In this document: positions 17,667 through 26,663 of the stretch, piece by piece
How the letters are laid out: each line of letters starts with the position of its first letter
Position numbering within the stretch: position 1 is the first letter of the stretch
From: Vibrio vulnificus CMCP6
GTDB taxonomy: Bacteria; Pseudomonadota; Gammaproteobacteria; Enterobacterales; Vibrionaceae
DNA: 32,000 nt
Direction of reading: 5' to 3'
NCBI RefSeq assembly: GCF_000039765.1
Contig: NC_004459.3
Location: 2,511,127-2,543,126, forward strand
Program-made: the position numbers and the translations under genes
The notes under the pieces: model-generated
The model's database searches: none
The model's input: only the letters and a program-made list of their open reading frames with translations
Told to the model about the DNA's origin: nothing

Positions 17667-18242
17667 TTGCCAATATATAATGTCAAAATCGAAAATTTAC
17701 CTGAGCAATTTCCAACTCACAATCATTCGCCTTTGTTTTGGGAAAGTTTAGGGCGAACAATCGCAACATATGGCTTTCTCGAAGAGATATTGCTTAGAGC
17801 AATTTTTGCACTGAGCGTAACAAAGGAACACAAAGAAAGTGACCTCGAATTAGTCTACGAGAAATGGGCAGGGTTGATGGAGCGTTCATTATCAGATCAA
17901 TTAGGAAGTTTAATTGACTCTTTCAGTAAGCAAGCTCGAACTCATCAGTGCGTTTCGTCGGATATTGAACAGTTAGTACATGATTTACGTGAAGCCTCAA
18001 AACTAAGAAATGTTTTATGCCACGGTTCTTGGGCTGTACCGGATTCGTGCGGAAAATCGGTCCCATTTTTTGTTAATAAAAACAAAGAAATATTTGATAC
18101 AGCAATAGATGTTACTTATCTCAATCAAGTCCAACAACATGTCAAAGAATTGAGTTGCTCGGTTATCAATACAGTGACTCAAAAAGGCTTTCGTTTTCCA
18201 GGTACAAATGGTCCTGGGCGAGAGGTTTGGGAATTCGCCTAA
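17667..18242 (+). CDS. hypothetical protein with Rx4H (RNVLCH) motif, HEPN-like candidate
   Basis: LREASKLRNVLCHGSWAV; TTG start; fills the cassette. Confidence 0.6.
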   Translation: MPIYNVKIENLPEQFPTHNHSPLFWESLGRTIATYGFLEEILLRAIFALSVTKEHKESDLELVYEKWAGLMERSLSDQLGSLIDSFSKQARTHQCVSSDIEQLVHDLREASKLRNVLCHGSWAVPDSCGKSVPFFVNKNKEIFDTAIDVTYLNQVQQHVKELSCSVINTVTQKGFRFPGTNGPGREVWEFA

Positions 18243-18362
18243 CAAACTGTTCAAGAGGGATTCGCAACGCGTGGCATTTTTGCTATGCGTTGGTTTTAGC
18301 GATTAAGGTGGTATGCGGCGGCTTTGGTATTGCGTCGCTCACCCCTTAACAGGGCGTTATGT
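18237..18362 (+). repeat. attC site 29
   Basis: GCCTAAC AAACTGTTC...TTAACAGGGC GTTATGT. Confidence 0.94.
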
Positions 18363-18712
18363 TCACAAGATGGATTGTAGATATGGATGAAAAAGTACAA
18401 ATAGCTTTTGGTGTTTGGGCGGGTGTTTCACTCCTCGGTTATGTGTTGTTCTATGCGAATAAAAATACACAGTTTAAGAGGAAATATTATCCAGCATTCT
18501 CTGTCGTGACAGGCGCTTTATTTTTGTTCATTGTTAACTTGATGGGCTTCTTTAAACATCAATTCTGGATTGTAATTGTCCCCATTGTTGCGCTAATAAC
18601 TTTTATGAACATACGTGGTGCTAAGTTTTGCGACAACTGTGGGAAATCAAACTTTACGCAATCGTTAAAAGATAGAAAAATCGAATGTCAAAAATGTGGG
18701 CATACTATTTGA
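18359..18712 (+). CDS. membrane protein with C-terminal zinc ribbon
   Basis: Two or three TM segments, then CDNCGKSNFTQSLKDRKIECQKCGH; alternative start at 18383. Confidence 0.65.
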   Translation: MFTRWIVDMDEKVQIAFGVWAGVSLLGYVLFYANKNTQFKRKYYPAFSVVTGALFLFIVNLMGFFKHQFWIVIVPIVALITFMNIRGAKFCDNCGKSNFTQSLKDRKIECQKCGHTI

Positions 18713-18721
18713 GCAATGTGA

Positions 18722-18847
18722 ACATAACAAGGCGTTCAAGTGGGATTCATGCCGCGTGGCATTTTGGGTTTGCAGTGAGTTTTGTGGTGAAAGTGGCCTG
18801 CGAAAGGTTGGTTTGTGCGGCATTCACCCCTTAACGCGGCGTTATGT
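18722..18847 (+). repeat. attC site 30 (VCR-like)
   Basis: ACATAAC...TTAACGCGGC GTTATGT. Confidence 0.94.
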
Positions 18848-19320
18848 TTAATCACGTAAAATCAGTTGGTTGCATCTTTTCTTTGCTCCCTCGGCTGGTT
18901 AGTTTCGAGTTTGTCGGCAAGTTGGCTTCAGTGGGCGCTGTTTGCCGGACATCAATTCTTTGGCGCTGGAAATTCAGAGCGTTGCCTCAATCAATTTTCG
19001 CGCAAACGCGAGGTTAAGGCTGTTGGCTCAATCAAAAATCAGCTTTCACTTACTTGTTGTCAAAGCTTGAATTGTTAAAATTCCAAGTCTGATTTTCAAA
19101 AGTTATGAGTCATTTCAGTTTTTTAGGTTTTAGCTTTTGTACGTGAGTCAAAGCCGAGTTAATCTTGGTTTTGGTAGAATGTAAGTCCTTGAAGCTTAAA
19201 CATAACAAAGCGTTAAAGAGGGACTTGGCACGCGTGGCATTTTTGGTTTGCAGCTTGTTTAGTGGTTAAGGTGGTATGCAGCAATTTTTTTATTGCGTGC
19301 CTGCGCCCCTTAACGCGGCG
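18842..19320 (+). repeat. ORF-poor repeated cassette, A/B mosaic
   Basis: B-type start TTATGTTTAATCACG, A-like core, terminal TTAAACATAAC. Confidence 0.85.
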
Positions 19321-19326
19321 TTAGCT
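19200..19326 (+). repeat. attC site 31
   Basis: ACATAAC AAAGCGTTA...TTAACGCGGC GTTAGCT. Confidence 0.94.
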
Positions 19327-19339
19327 GGTAGGAGGTTAT

Positions 19340-19732
19340 ATGGAAATTAATACCGACTTTGAGAAGATGAGCTTTCATGATGTATCTATCAATGATGTTT
19401 CCAGAACTGACTCCAAGATCATCATCGTTCTCAGTGGTATTTTCATCAGCAAAGAGCACCCAAGTTCCAATGGAAAAGATCTAATTGTTCAGAATGGGGT
19501 GATGACTCTATACAACGTGTCTAATGAAAAAAGCCTCACTTGGTTGAATGATGTGGCACCTGTCAGTCACAAAATTCCAGAGTACCCGATTGATGAAATC
19601 ATGAATGCGAAGTTTGATGGGAGTACATTCCACTTTGATGGTTTTAAGGAAACGATGCCTTGGCATGAGTGGTTTATTCAGGCAACAAGTTTCAACTTGG
19701 TAGCTTTCGATGTTGTGGAAACAACCAGCTAA
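19340..19732 (+). CDS. hypothetical protein
   Basis: 130-aa ORF with AGGAGG upstream; fills the cassette. Confidence 0.65.
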   Translation: MEINTDFEKMSFHDVSINDVSRTDSKIIIVLSGIFISKEHPSSNGKDLIVQNGVMTLYNVSNEKSLTWLNDVAPVSHKIPEYPIDEIMNAKFDGSTFHFDGFKETMPWHEWFIQATSFNLVAFDVVETTS

Positions 19733-19854
19733 CAAGCAATTTAAGAGGGATTCACAACGCTTGGCACTTTTGCTTCTACTTCAAATTTAGTGTTTATGGC
19801 ACAATGCGTTAGGTTGGGTGGAGGCGTTGTTCACCCCTTAATTGGGCGTTATGT
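19727..19854 (+). repeat. attC site 32
   Basis: AGCTAAC AAGCAATTT...CTTAATTGGGC GTTATGT. Confidence 0.92.
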
Positions 19855-19867
19855 GCTTTGGGAGAAA

Positions 19868-20278
19868 ATGGAAATGGATATTCCCGACAGATTCAAAAAT
19901 GTAAGATACGTTTCATCCCGCATTCCGGGTTGCAAAGATGATTCAGACTTAACGCTTGGAGCTAACTGTCAGGTCTTTGCTTATAACCTGCTCAGAGACT
20001 TCGGTCTAAATCCACCTAACTACCGTTCTAGTGAATTGTGGGATGACTCGGAGTTTAGTGAGGTGGTCACTGAGTTTAAGCCGTTAGATATCATGATGTA
20101 CAACGACTCTACTGACTCATACGGAGCACACGTTGGGGTGTATGTCGGTAATGGACTCGTCTACCACCTTTCTTTATCCAATGGCGTACCCATGTTTGAG
20201 CGCCATTTAGACTTACTTCAACAAAGTAAGTATCAGTTTTTTATTGGCGCTAAGCGTATAAAACAGTTTGGTGCATAA
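19868..20278 (+). CDS. NlpC/P60- or CHAP-like cysteine hydrolase candidate
   Basis: NCQVFAYNLLRDFGL...FKPLDIMMYNDS...GAHVGVYVGNGLVYHLS; GGAG before ATG 19868. Confidence 0.65.
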   Translation: MEMDIPDRFKNVRYVSSRIPGCKDDSDLTLGANCQVFAYNLLRDFGLNPPNYRSSELWDDSEFSEVVTEFKPLDIMMYNDSTDSYGAHVGVYVGNGLVYHLSLSNGVPMFERHLDLLQQSKYQFFIGAKRIKQFGA

Positions 20279-20289
20279 CGTAAGTACGC

Positions 20290-20415
20290 ACATAACAAAC
20301 TGTTCAAGAGGGATTCGCAACGCGTGGCATTTTCACTATGCGTTGGTTTTAGTGATTAAGGTGGTTTGCGGCGGCTTTGGTATTGCGTTGCTCACCCCTT
20401 AACAGAGCGTTAGGC
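20290..20415 (+). repeat. attC site 33
   Basis: ACATAAC AAACTGTTC...TTAACAGAGC GTTAGGC. Confidence 0.93.
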
Positions 20416-20432
20416 AAATAAAAGGAAAGCAT

Positions 20433-20738
20433 ATGACACTTGGGTCCTTAATTCTTCTTTCATTTCTACACATTGCAGTTTGTTTTGTTAGTCCTTTTGT
20501 GTTTTTTGTTGCCGTATTTCAATTGCGTGAATTTGAACTTTCTAAATATCACGCAGATATCTGTATGGCGTTAGGTGGAGCATATGTCATTTCGACAATT
20601 GTGAGCGTAATTATCGTTTCTAATTATTACCTCGCTGATAGTCAGGCTCCTTACTATTGGTGGTTTGCAATGCCTTGGACGTTATTGGTCACTATTATTG
20701 TGTACGTTTTGAAAGTAGCGAAGGTTAAATTTGCCTAA
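20433..20738 (+). CDS. hypothetical membrane protein
   Basis: 101 aa with about three hydrophobic segments; GGAAAG upstream of ATG. Confidence 0.65.
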   Translation: MTLGSLILLSFLHIAVCFVSPFVFFVAVFQLREFELSKYHADICMALGGAYVISTIVSVIIVSNYYLADSQAPYYWWFAMPWTLLVTIIVYVLKVAKVKFA

Positions 20739-20859
20739 CAAGGCGTTCAAGAGGGATTCATGCCGCGTGGCATTTTGGGTATGCAGTGAGTTTTAGTGGT
20801 GAAAATGGTCTGCGGTAAGTTGGTTTATGCGGCATTCACCCCTTAACGCGGCGTTATGT
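20733..20859 (+). repeat. attC site 34 (VCR-like)
   Basis: GCCTAAC...TTAACGCGGC GTTATGT. Confidence 0.95.
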
Positions 20860-21326
20860 TTAATCACGTAAAATCAGTTGGTTGCATTTTTTCTTTGCTT
20901 TCTCGGTTTTCTAATTTTGGTCTCGTCGGCAAGTTGGCTTAATAGGGCGCTGTTTTCTGGACATCCATTCTTGGGCGCTAAAAACTCTGAGAATTGCCTC
21001 AGTCGATTTTCGGGTAAGCACGAGGTTAGGGCATCTGGCTCAATCGGAAATTTGAACTTAGGTTTTTGAGTTTTAGCAGCCAAATTATAAAGTCTGATTT
21101 TCAAAAATCATGAGTCATTTCAGTTTTTTAGCTTCTGGTTTTGGTGTGCAAAGGTAAGTCGAGTTAAGCTCTTGGTATCGTAAAACTTAACCCTTTGAGT
21201 CTTAAACATAACAAGGCGTTCAAGAGGGATTCATGCCGCGTGGCATTTTTGGTATGCGGTGAGTTTTAGTGGTGAAAGTGGTCTGCGGAAAGCTGGTTTA
21301 TGCGGCATTCACCCCTTAACGCAGCG
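20854..21326 (+). repeat. ORF-poor repeated cassette, B/A/B mosaic
   Basis: B start, A core (AATTGCCTCAGTCGATTTTCGGGTAAGCACGAGG), B tail (GAGTCTTAAACATAAC). Confidence 0.88.
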
Positions 21327-21332
21327 TTATGT
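21206..21332 (+). repeat. attC site 35 (VCR-like)
   Basis: ACATAAC...TTAACGCAGC GTTATGT. Confidence 0.95.
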
Positions 21333-21789
21333 TTAATCACGCAAAATCAGTTGCTTGCATCTTTTCTTGGCTTTCTAGTTTTGGCTTTGTCGGCAAGTTA
21401 ACTTCAGTGGCTGCTGTTTTCTGGACTCCAATTCATTGGCGCTAAAAATTCAGAGAGTTGCCTCATTGAAATACAGTGTTTGGGTGAGGTGAGTGCAGCT
21501 TGCTCAGTTTCAAAGTTAGAGCTTCAGCTTTCGTTTCTCACGTTGTGATTCAATGCAAATTCAATCAATTCTATGAGTTAATTCAGTTTTTTAGCCTATG
21601 GTTTTGGTTTGCAAAGGTAAGTCGAGTTAAGCTCTTGGTATCGTAAAACTTAACTCTTTGAGTCTTAAACATAACAAGGCGTTTAAGTGGGATTCATGCC
21701 GCGTGGCATTTTTGGTATGCGGTTAGTTTTTGTAGTGAAGGTGGTCTGCGGAAAGCTGGTTTAGGCGGCGTTCACCCCTTAACGCAGCG
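21327..21789 (+). repeat. ORF-poor repeated cassette, subfamily B copy 3
   Basis: TTATGTTTAATCACGCAAAATCAGTTG...CTTAAACATAAC. Confidence 0.88.
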
Positions 21790-21795
21790 TTATGC
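21669..21795 (+). repeat. attC site 36 (VCR-like)
   Basis: ACATAAC...TTAACGCAGC GTTATGC. Confidence 0.95.
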
Positions 21796-21823
21796 TAAAT
21801 CCCCTTAAAGATAGGATATCATC

Positions 21824-22066
21824 ATGAGTTTAGAGCAAATTACCGAGTTTTTGGGTTGGTGTACGTTGATAAATATTGTGATTCTGTCTCTTAGTACAGT
21901 TTTAGTGCTGCTACTAAAAAGTAAGATTTTGTCGTATCACAGTAAGTTGTTTGATATTTCCAAGCCTAGGCTAAATGCATTGTATTTCAGCTATCTCGGT
22001 CACTACAAAGTGATCACCTTAGCTTTCTTTTTAGTACCTTATCTCGCCTTAAAGGTGATTTCTTAG
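21824..22066 (+). CDS. small two-TM membrane protein, DUF6868-like
   Basis: MSLEQITEFLGWCTLINIVILSLSTVLVLLL...FSYLGHYKVITLAFFLVPYLALKVI. Confidence 0.65.
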   Translation: MSLEQITEFLGWCTLINIVILSLSTVLVLLLKSKILSYHSKLFDISKPRLNALYFSYLGHYKVITLAFFLVPYLALKVIS

Positions 22067-22084
22067 TATCACTTTGAATTTTTA

Positions 22085-22208
22085 GCATAACAAACAATTC
22101 AAGCAGACCCTCAACGCTCGCCGATTTTGTTTTGCGTCGGGTTTTGTGTTGCCGAGTAATGCGGAAAGTGAGCCAGGGCGTTTCGGGCTACTTAATTGGG
22201 CGTTAGTT
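22085..22208 (+). repeat. attC site 37
   Basis: GCATAAC AAACAATTC...CTTAATTGGGC GTTAGTT. Confidence 0.9.
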
Positions 22209-22233
22209 GCTTTCAGAAATAATAGGTAAGTAC

Positions 22234-22806
22234 ATGAAAGATAGATTGGTCTCATTTGATCTTGAAACAGATCTAGTTATGTCATTGCGGTGCTTACTTG
22301 ATGCTTTATCTCAAATAGAAGTAGGGCAAAACTCGTATTTTAAATGGGCAGTAATATACGGACATAATTCGGTTCAATCGGCAATGTGTTTAGCTCTAAT
22401 TACTTCAGATTCACGTCTGGTACGGAAAAGAGACAGCTACCATGCTGATTATGGCGATTTAGATAATATTGAATGGCTCTATGAAAAATTGCGTAAGGAG
22501 GATTTCCTCCCTTACATGGGAAGTCAAATCATTGATAACCAGCGATTTAAAAAGGAAAGCGTCAGTCGCTTACAGACAACTCGGAACACATTTATTCATC
22601 AACATCCATCACAGTATGTCTTTACGTTTAAGGAACTAACCGAGTTACTATTTTTATCAGTTGAGCTAGTTGATTTCCTCGTTAATGAAAGTGAGCGTTT
22701 AGCTATAGACGGTCATACACAAAGTCAAATTAAGAGCTTGGTGGGTGAGTTGAGTACGCAACTAACAAACTGTTCAAGAGGGATTCCCAACGCTTGGGAT
22801 TTTTGA
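22234..22806 (+). CDS. hypothetical protein with Rx4H (RNTFIH) motif, HEPN-like candidate; C-terminus encoded inside attC
   Basis: RLQTTRNTFIHQHPSQYVF; ATG at 22234; stop about 40 nt into attC 38. Confidence 0.6.
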   Translation: MKDRLVSFDLETDLVMSLRCLLDALSQIEVGQNSYFKWAVIYGHNSVQSAMCLALITSDSRLVRKRDSYHADYGDLDNIEWLYEKLRKEDFLPYMGSQIIDNQRFKKESVSRLQTTRNTFIHQHPSQYVFTFKELTELLFLSVELVDFLVNESERLAIDGHTQSQIKSLVGELSTQLTNCSRGIPNAWDF

Positions 22807-22886
22807 TTCCAATTTGAGTATTGTGTTTACGGTGGTAATTTTAGGTTAGGTGGTAGCGTTGCTCACCCCTTAACAGGGCGTTAGGT
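22760..22886 (+). repeat. attC site 38
   Basis: AACTAAC AAACTGTTC...TTAACAGGGC GTTAGGT. Confidence 0.93.
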
Positions 22887-22920
22887 GAATTGCGATAATT
22901 CAACAAGATCGGGGGATAGA

Positions 22921-23295
22921 ATGAGCGAAATTAAGAGATGTGATGTAAATGAAGAATGGGCACACTCAGGTTACGTTGTAGCTGGAGATTATGTTTTCCT
23001 TGGTTATTGTGTTGGCAATGTTGGGAAAAGTGTCGAAGAACAAGTAAACGGAGCTTTTGATGATATGGCTAGAAAGCTTGAAATGGAAAATCTAACGTTA
23101 GATAGTGTAGTGAAAATCGATGTTTTGCTCAGGGATGTATGGAATATTCCATTAGTAGAGAAAGTTATCAAAGAACGTTTTAAGAATGGCTATCCTGCGA
23201 GAAAAACGATTTCTACTGATTTTGCTCATAGAGGTGGAGAGTCATCAGGTCTTCATGTGCAAATAGATGGTGTCGCTTATATCGCAAAAAAATAA
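22921..23295 (+). CDS. RidA/YjgF family protein
   Basis: GYVVAGDYVFLGYCVG...SVEEQVNGAFDDMARKLEMENLTLDSVVKIDVLLRDVWNIPLVEKVIKERF...PARKTIST. Confidence 0.88.
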   Translation: MSEIKRCDVNEEWAHSGYVVAGDYVFLGYCVGNVGKSVEEQVNGAFDDMARKLEMENLTLDSVVKIDVLLRDVWNIPLVEKVIKERFKNGYPARKTISTDFAHRGGESSGLHVQIDGVAYIAKK

Positions 23296-23317
23296 GCCAT
23301 GTGCAATCCAGTTATTC

Positions 23318-23443
23318 ACCTAACAAATTGCTTAAGAGTGATTCGCAACGCGTGGCATTTTTGGCTTGCGTTGGGTTTAGTGATTACGGCGCAATGCGGA
23401 GGCTTGGTGAAGGCGTTGCTCACACCTTAGCAAGGCGTTAGAA
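23318..23443 (+). repeat. attC site 39
   Basis: ACCTAAC AAATTGCTT...CCTTAGCAAGGC GTTAGAA. Confidence 0.91.
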
Positions 23444-23456
23444 AGTTTAGGAAAAT

Positions 23457-23897
23457 ATGGTGTTAGAATTAAGAAAGTCGGTGATATCAGAAGCCAGGGC
23501 TTTTGTTGAAATGGAGTGTTCTCATGATACAAAAGGCTTTGTTATCCCTTATTCACTAGAAAAGCACGCAAGTCTAATAGAGAGCAATGACGTAATTTAT
23601 CTGTCTTTGTACTACGAAAACGAGTTGTCAGGCTTCATAATTTTGTCGCAAGAAAGCCAAGATGTCGTTGAGTTCAGGAGAATTGTTGTTGCTTCCAAAG
23701 GAAAGGGTCTTGGTCAACTCGCAATTAAAGAGATGGAACAGTATTGTGCGGAAAACTTAAACTGTTCAAAAGTCTGGTTAGATGTATTCGAATCAAACTC
23801 AAGAGGAATATATATTTATAAAAAGCTGGGCTATACGCAATTTAAAGAAGCGTTCTATGAAGGTAAGAAATTGTTATTCATGGAAAAAACGTTCTAA
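23457..23897 (+). CDS. GNAT family N-acetyltransferase
   Basis: EFRRIVVASKGKGLGQLAIKEMEQYCAENLNCSKVWLDVFESNSRGIYIYKKLGYTQ. Confidence 0.9.
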   Translation: MVLELRKSVISEARAFVEMECSHDTKGFVIPYSLEKHASLIESNDVIYLSLYYENELSGFIILSQESQDVVEFRRIVVASKGKGLGQLAIKEMEQYCAENLNCSKVWLDVFESNSRGIYIYKKLGYTQFKEAFYEGKKLLFMEKTF

Positions 23898-24019
23898 CAA
23901 AGCGTTTAAGGCAGATTCCCAACGCCTGGCATTTTTCATTCCATCGTCGGGTTTTGTGTTTACGGTGGCAAGGTTAGGTTTAGTGGTGGCGTTGCTCACT
24001 ACTTAACGCGGCGTTATGT
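23892..24019 (+). repeat. attC site 40
   Basis: TTCTAAC AAAGCGTTT...CTTAACGCGGC GTTATGT. Confidence 0.92.
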
Positions 24020-24485
24020 TTAGTCACGTAAAATCAGTTGGTTGCATCTTTTCTTTGTTCCTTCGTATTTCTAATTTTGGTCTTGTCGGCAGGTTAACTT
24101 CAGTGGTCGCTGTTTTCTGGACTCCAATTCGTGGGCGCTAAAAGTTCAGATAGTTGCCTCATTGAAATGCAGAGTGTAGGCGAGGTGAGTGAAGTGATTT
24201 TGATTTCAAAGTTAAAGTCCGGCTTTTCGGTTTCTCACGTTAAAACTCAAAGTCAGAATATTCAAAATTATGAGTTAATTCAGCTTTTTAGCGTCTGGTT
24301 TTGGTTTTCAAAGGTAAGTCGAGTTAAGCTGTTGGTATCGCAAACTTAACCCTTTGAGCCTTAAACATAACAAGGCGTTTAAGAGGGATTCATGCCGCGT
24401 GGCATTTTTGGTTTGCAGTGAGTTTTGGTGGTGAAAGTGGTTTGCAGAAAGTTGGTTTAGGCGGCATTCACCCCTTAACGCGACG
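24014..24485 (+). repeat. ORF-poor repeated cassette, subfamily B copy 4
   Basis: TTATGTTTAGTCACGTAAAATCAGTTG...CTTAAACATAAC. Confidence 0.88.
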
Positions 24486-24491
24486 TTATAT
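24365..24491 (+). repeat. attC site 41 (VCR-like)
   Basis: ACATAAC...TTAACGCGAC GTTATAT. Confidence 0.94.
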
Positions 24492-24960
24492 GCAATGGAT
24501 TGGAATGTTTATGAAAGGATTAAATGGCATCTTAAACGGTTTCACCTGGAGAATCGGTTTCTCAGTTGCAATCATTCTGAGTGGGTTGGTTTATACAAAG
24601 TTTGTTGAACCGTCGCTCGGAAATATTCTTGAAGACAAAGAAATCGACGACAAAGCAATTGAGTATTTAGCGGATTTCAAAACTGCCTATGGTTTAACAT
24701 TGAAAAATGTCTTCAAAGATGGGGACGACGTGCGTTTAGCTGTCGTACAGGAAAACCTTACGGAAGACGCATTATATTCTCGTGAAGTTTTAGCATCTGC
24801 GTTTGATGTGAATGGTAATTTTATTGGTAATTGTATCGGCGAAAATGAACTTTTCATTATGCAGCCAAAGGAAACCTCTTATCTTGAGATCAAATGTGCA
24901 TTTGTACCGTCGCAAGTCGAGCAAATCGATTCGTTTAAGTTAAGAATTAAGCCGATTTAG
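24490..24960 (+). CDS. hypothetical membrane-anchored protein (alternative start 24511)
   Basis: N-terminal TM (WRIGFSVAIILSGLVYTKFV), then soluble domain. Confidence 0.65.
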   Translation: MQWIGMFMKGLNGILNGFTWRIGFSVAIILSGLVYTKFVEPSLGNILEDKEIDDKAIEYLADFKTAYGLTLKNVFKDGDDVRLAVVQENLTEDALYSREVLASAFDVNGNFIGNCIGENELFIMQPKETSYLEIKCAFVPSQVEQIDSFKLRIKPI

Positions 24961-24978
24961 CAAGCGCCAGAAAATTGC

Positions 24979-25105
24979 ATATAACAAGGCGTTCAAGAGG
25001 GATTCATGCCGCGTGGCATTTTTAGTATGCGGTTAGTTTTAGTGGTGAAAGTGGTTTGCAGAAAGCTGGTTTATGCGGCATTCACCCCTTAACGCAGCGT
25101 TATGT
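24979..25105 (+). repeat. attC site 42 (VCR-like)
   Basis: ATATAAC...TTAACGCAGC GTTATGT. Confidence 0.95.
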
Positions 25106-25118
25106 TAATGGAGTTCGT

Positions 25119-25595
25119 ATGAGAGTAATGTTGGTGCTATCTGCAATTGCTTTTTCAGCATTAGGTGCATCTGTAGATGATGCGAAGTTGAATATCAGTG
25201 AAGGTAGATTTGAACAAGGAAAAAGTGAGTTAGAACTTTTGGCTTCAAAAGGTGATGCTGAAGCACAGTACGAGCTTGGTCGTCTATATTTTGGAAGTAG
25301 TGACATGGAGCAAGATTACTCTAAAGGTATCCCGCTTTTACGGAGTTCTGCAGGACAAGGTTATCCAGTGGCTCAAGTTGATCTTGCGGAACTGTACTTA
25401 TATGGAATTGGGGTGTTACAAGATTTTAAGGCTGCATATATGTGGGCGAATATTGGCACTCATAATGGAAACAAAAGAGGTGAGGATGTTCGGAATCAAG
25501 CCGGAAAACTGCTCGCAAAAGAAGATATTAGCAAGGCTCAAGACTTATCTCGTTTTTGTTTAAAAAGTGGGTACGTAGATTGCGGTGAGTATTAA
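25119..25595 (+). CDS. exported Sel1/TPR-like repeat protein
   Basis: Signal peptide MRVMLVLSAIAFSALGA; GDAEAQYELGRLYFG..., GYPVAQVDLAELYLYGIGVLQDFKAAYMWANIG. Confidence 0.88.
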   Translation: MRVMLVLSAIAFSALGASVDDAKLNISEGRFEQGKSELELLASKGDAEAQYELGRLYFGSSDMEQDYSKGIPLLRSSAGQGYPVAQVDLAELYLYGIGVLQDFKAAYMWANIGTHNGNKRGEDVRNQAGKLLAKEDISKAQDLSRFCLKSGYVDCGEY

Positions 25596-25721
25596 CATAA
25601 CAAAGCGTTCAAGAGGGATTCATGCCGCGCGGCATTTTTGGTATGCGGTTGGTTTTGGTGGTAAAAGTGGCGTGCGTAAAGTTGGTTTATGCGGCATTCA
25701 CCCCTTAACGCGGCGTTAGCT
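25595..25721 (+). repeat. attC site 43 (VCR-like)
   Basis: ACATAAC AAAGCGTTC...TTAACGCGGC GTTAGCT. Confidence 0.94.
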
Positions 25722-25732
25722 AACAAGGAGAT

Positions 25733-26518
25733 TTGAGTGTGTCGAGGAAATGTTTTCTTTGTTTCATTCTGATTCTATGGAATAACTTTTCTTATGCCGA
25801 AGTTATTTCGTATCCTAATTGTGAGCGAAGTGAAAGTTTAAAAACGCCGATTCAACTCTATTTGTCCGAAAAAGTACTGGCAACTCGAACTAAGGATGCT
25901 GTTCACCAAATACTCAACAAATGGGTTAATTATTCGAATGTTGTATTACGCAACTCATGTGTCCCAATCGAGCGTTATTTAAGTAAAGTGGAGTTTCTCG
26001 ATGATATTGATGAGACTTGGTTTCAATCTTTAAGTGCAGCGAAAGTATTGCTTACTTTAAGCCTTGGCTACGAACCACCTGAATTGAATAACAGATCTAT
26101 ACCAAGTTTTGTTGGTGTGGTTTTTGATAGCTATAAAGCTAGTTTTGGCGGGTCTAATTGCGGATTATCAAGCGATTCGGGTAACTTTTTCTTCGCTGCT
26201 TTAGATTGCGCAGACTTTGTTATGGAACATGAAATAGGACACTTAAGCGGGGCTCATCATGATCACGAGTCAATTTTATCCTCTCACTCAACTTTAAATG
26301 CTTTTGAGCAAACGACTTATCCTCGGATAAAGTCATTTGCTTATGGTTGGCGCTGCGGTAATTACGGGACGGTAATGTCATTTGCACCCCAAAAGATCCC
26401 AGCTTACTCATCTCCAGAGTTATTTGTGGGTGACCTAGCATGTGGTGACCAACGTTTGGGTGATAATGCGCGTGTTATGAGAACATATGCGCTTAAACAT
26501 ATGCGAAAATTTGATTAG
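25733..26518 (+). CDS. exported metzincin-like zinc metalloprotease
   Basis: AAGGAG before TTG start; signal peptide; FVMEHEIGHLSGAHHDHES (HExxHxxGxxH); downstream YGTVMSF resembles a Met-turn. Confidence 0.82.
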   Translation: MSVSRKCFLCFILILWNNFSYAEVISYPNCERSESLKTPIQLYLSEKVLATRTKDAVHQILNKWVNYSNVVLRNSCVPIERYLSKVEFLDDIDETWFQSLSAAKVLLTLSLGYEPPELNNRSIPSFVGVVFDSYKASFGGSNCGLSSDSGNFFFAALDCADFVMEHEIGHLSGAHHDHESILSSHSTLNAFEQTTYPRIKSFAYGWRCGNYGTVMSFAPQKIPAYSSPELFVGDLACGDQRLGDNARVMRTYALKHMRKFD

Positions 26519-26641
26519 CTAACAAACAGTTTAAGAGGGATTCAGCACGCGTGGCATTTTTGGTATGCGGTGGCTTCGGTGTTGAAGTGCCATGCAGTAG
26601 TTTAGGTATTGCGTGCTTCACCCCTTAACTGGGCGTTATAT
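26517..26641 (+). repeat. attC site 44
   Basis: AGCTAAC AAACAGTTT...CTTAACTGGGC GTTATAT. Confidence 0.92.
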
Positions 26642-26663
26642 TTTCATTCGAGGTAAGGGGTAC

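Noticed and set aside
18155-18349. 64-aa + ORF overlapping attC 29
   Set aside because: Overlaps the 17667-18242 gene out of frame and continues through attC.
25252-25563. 103-aa + ORF overlapping the Sel1-like gene
   Set aside because: Alternative frame of a gene with clear signal peptide and Sel1 repeats.
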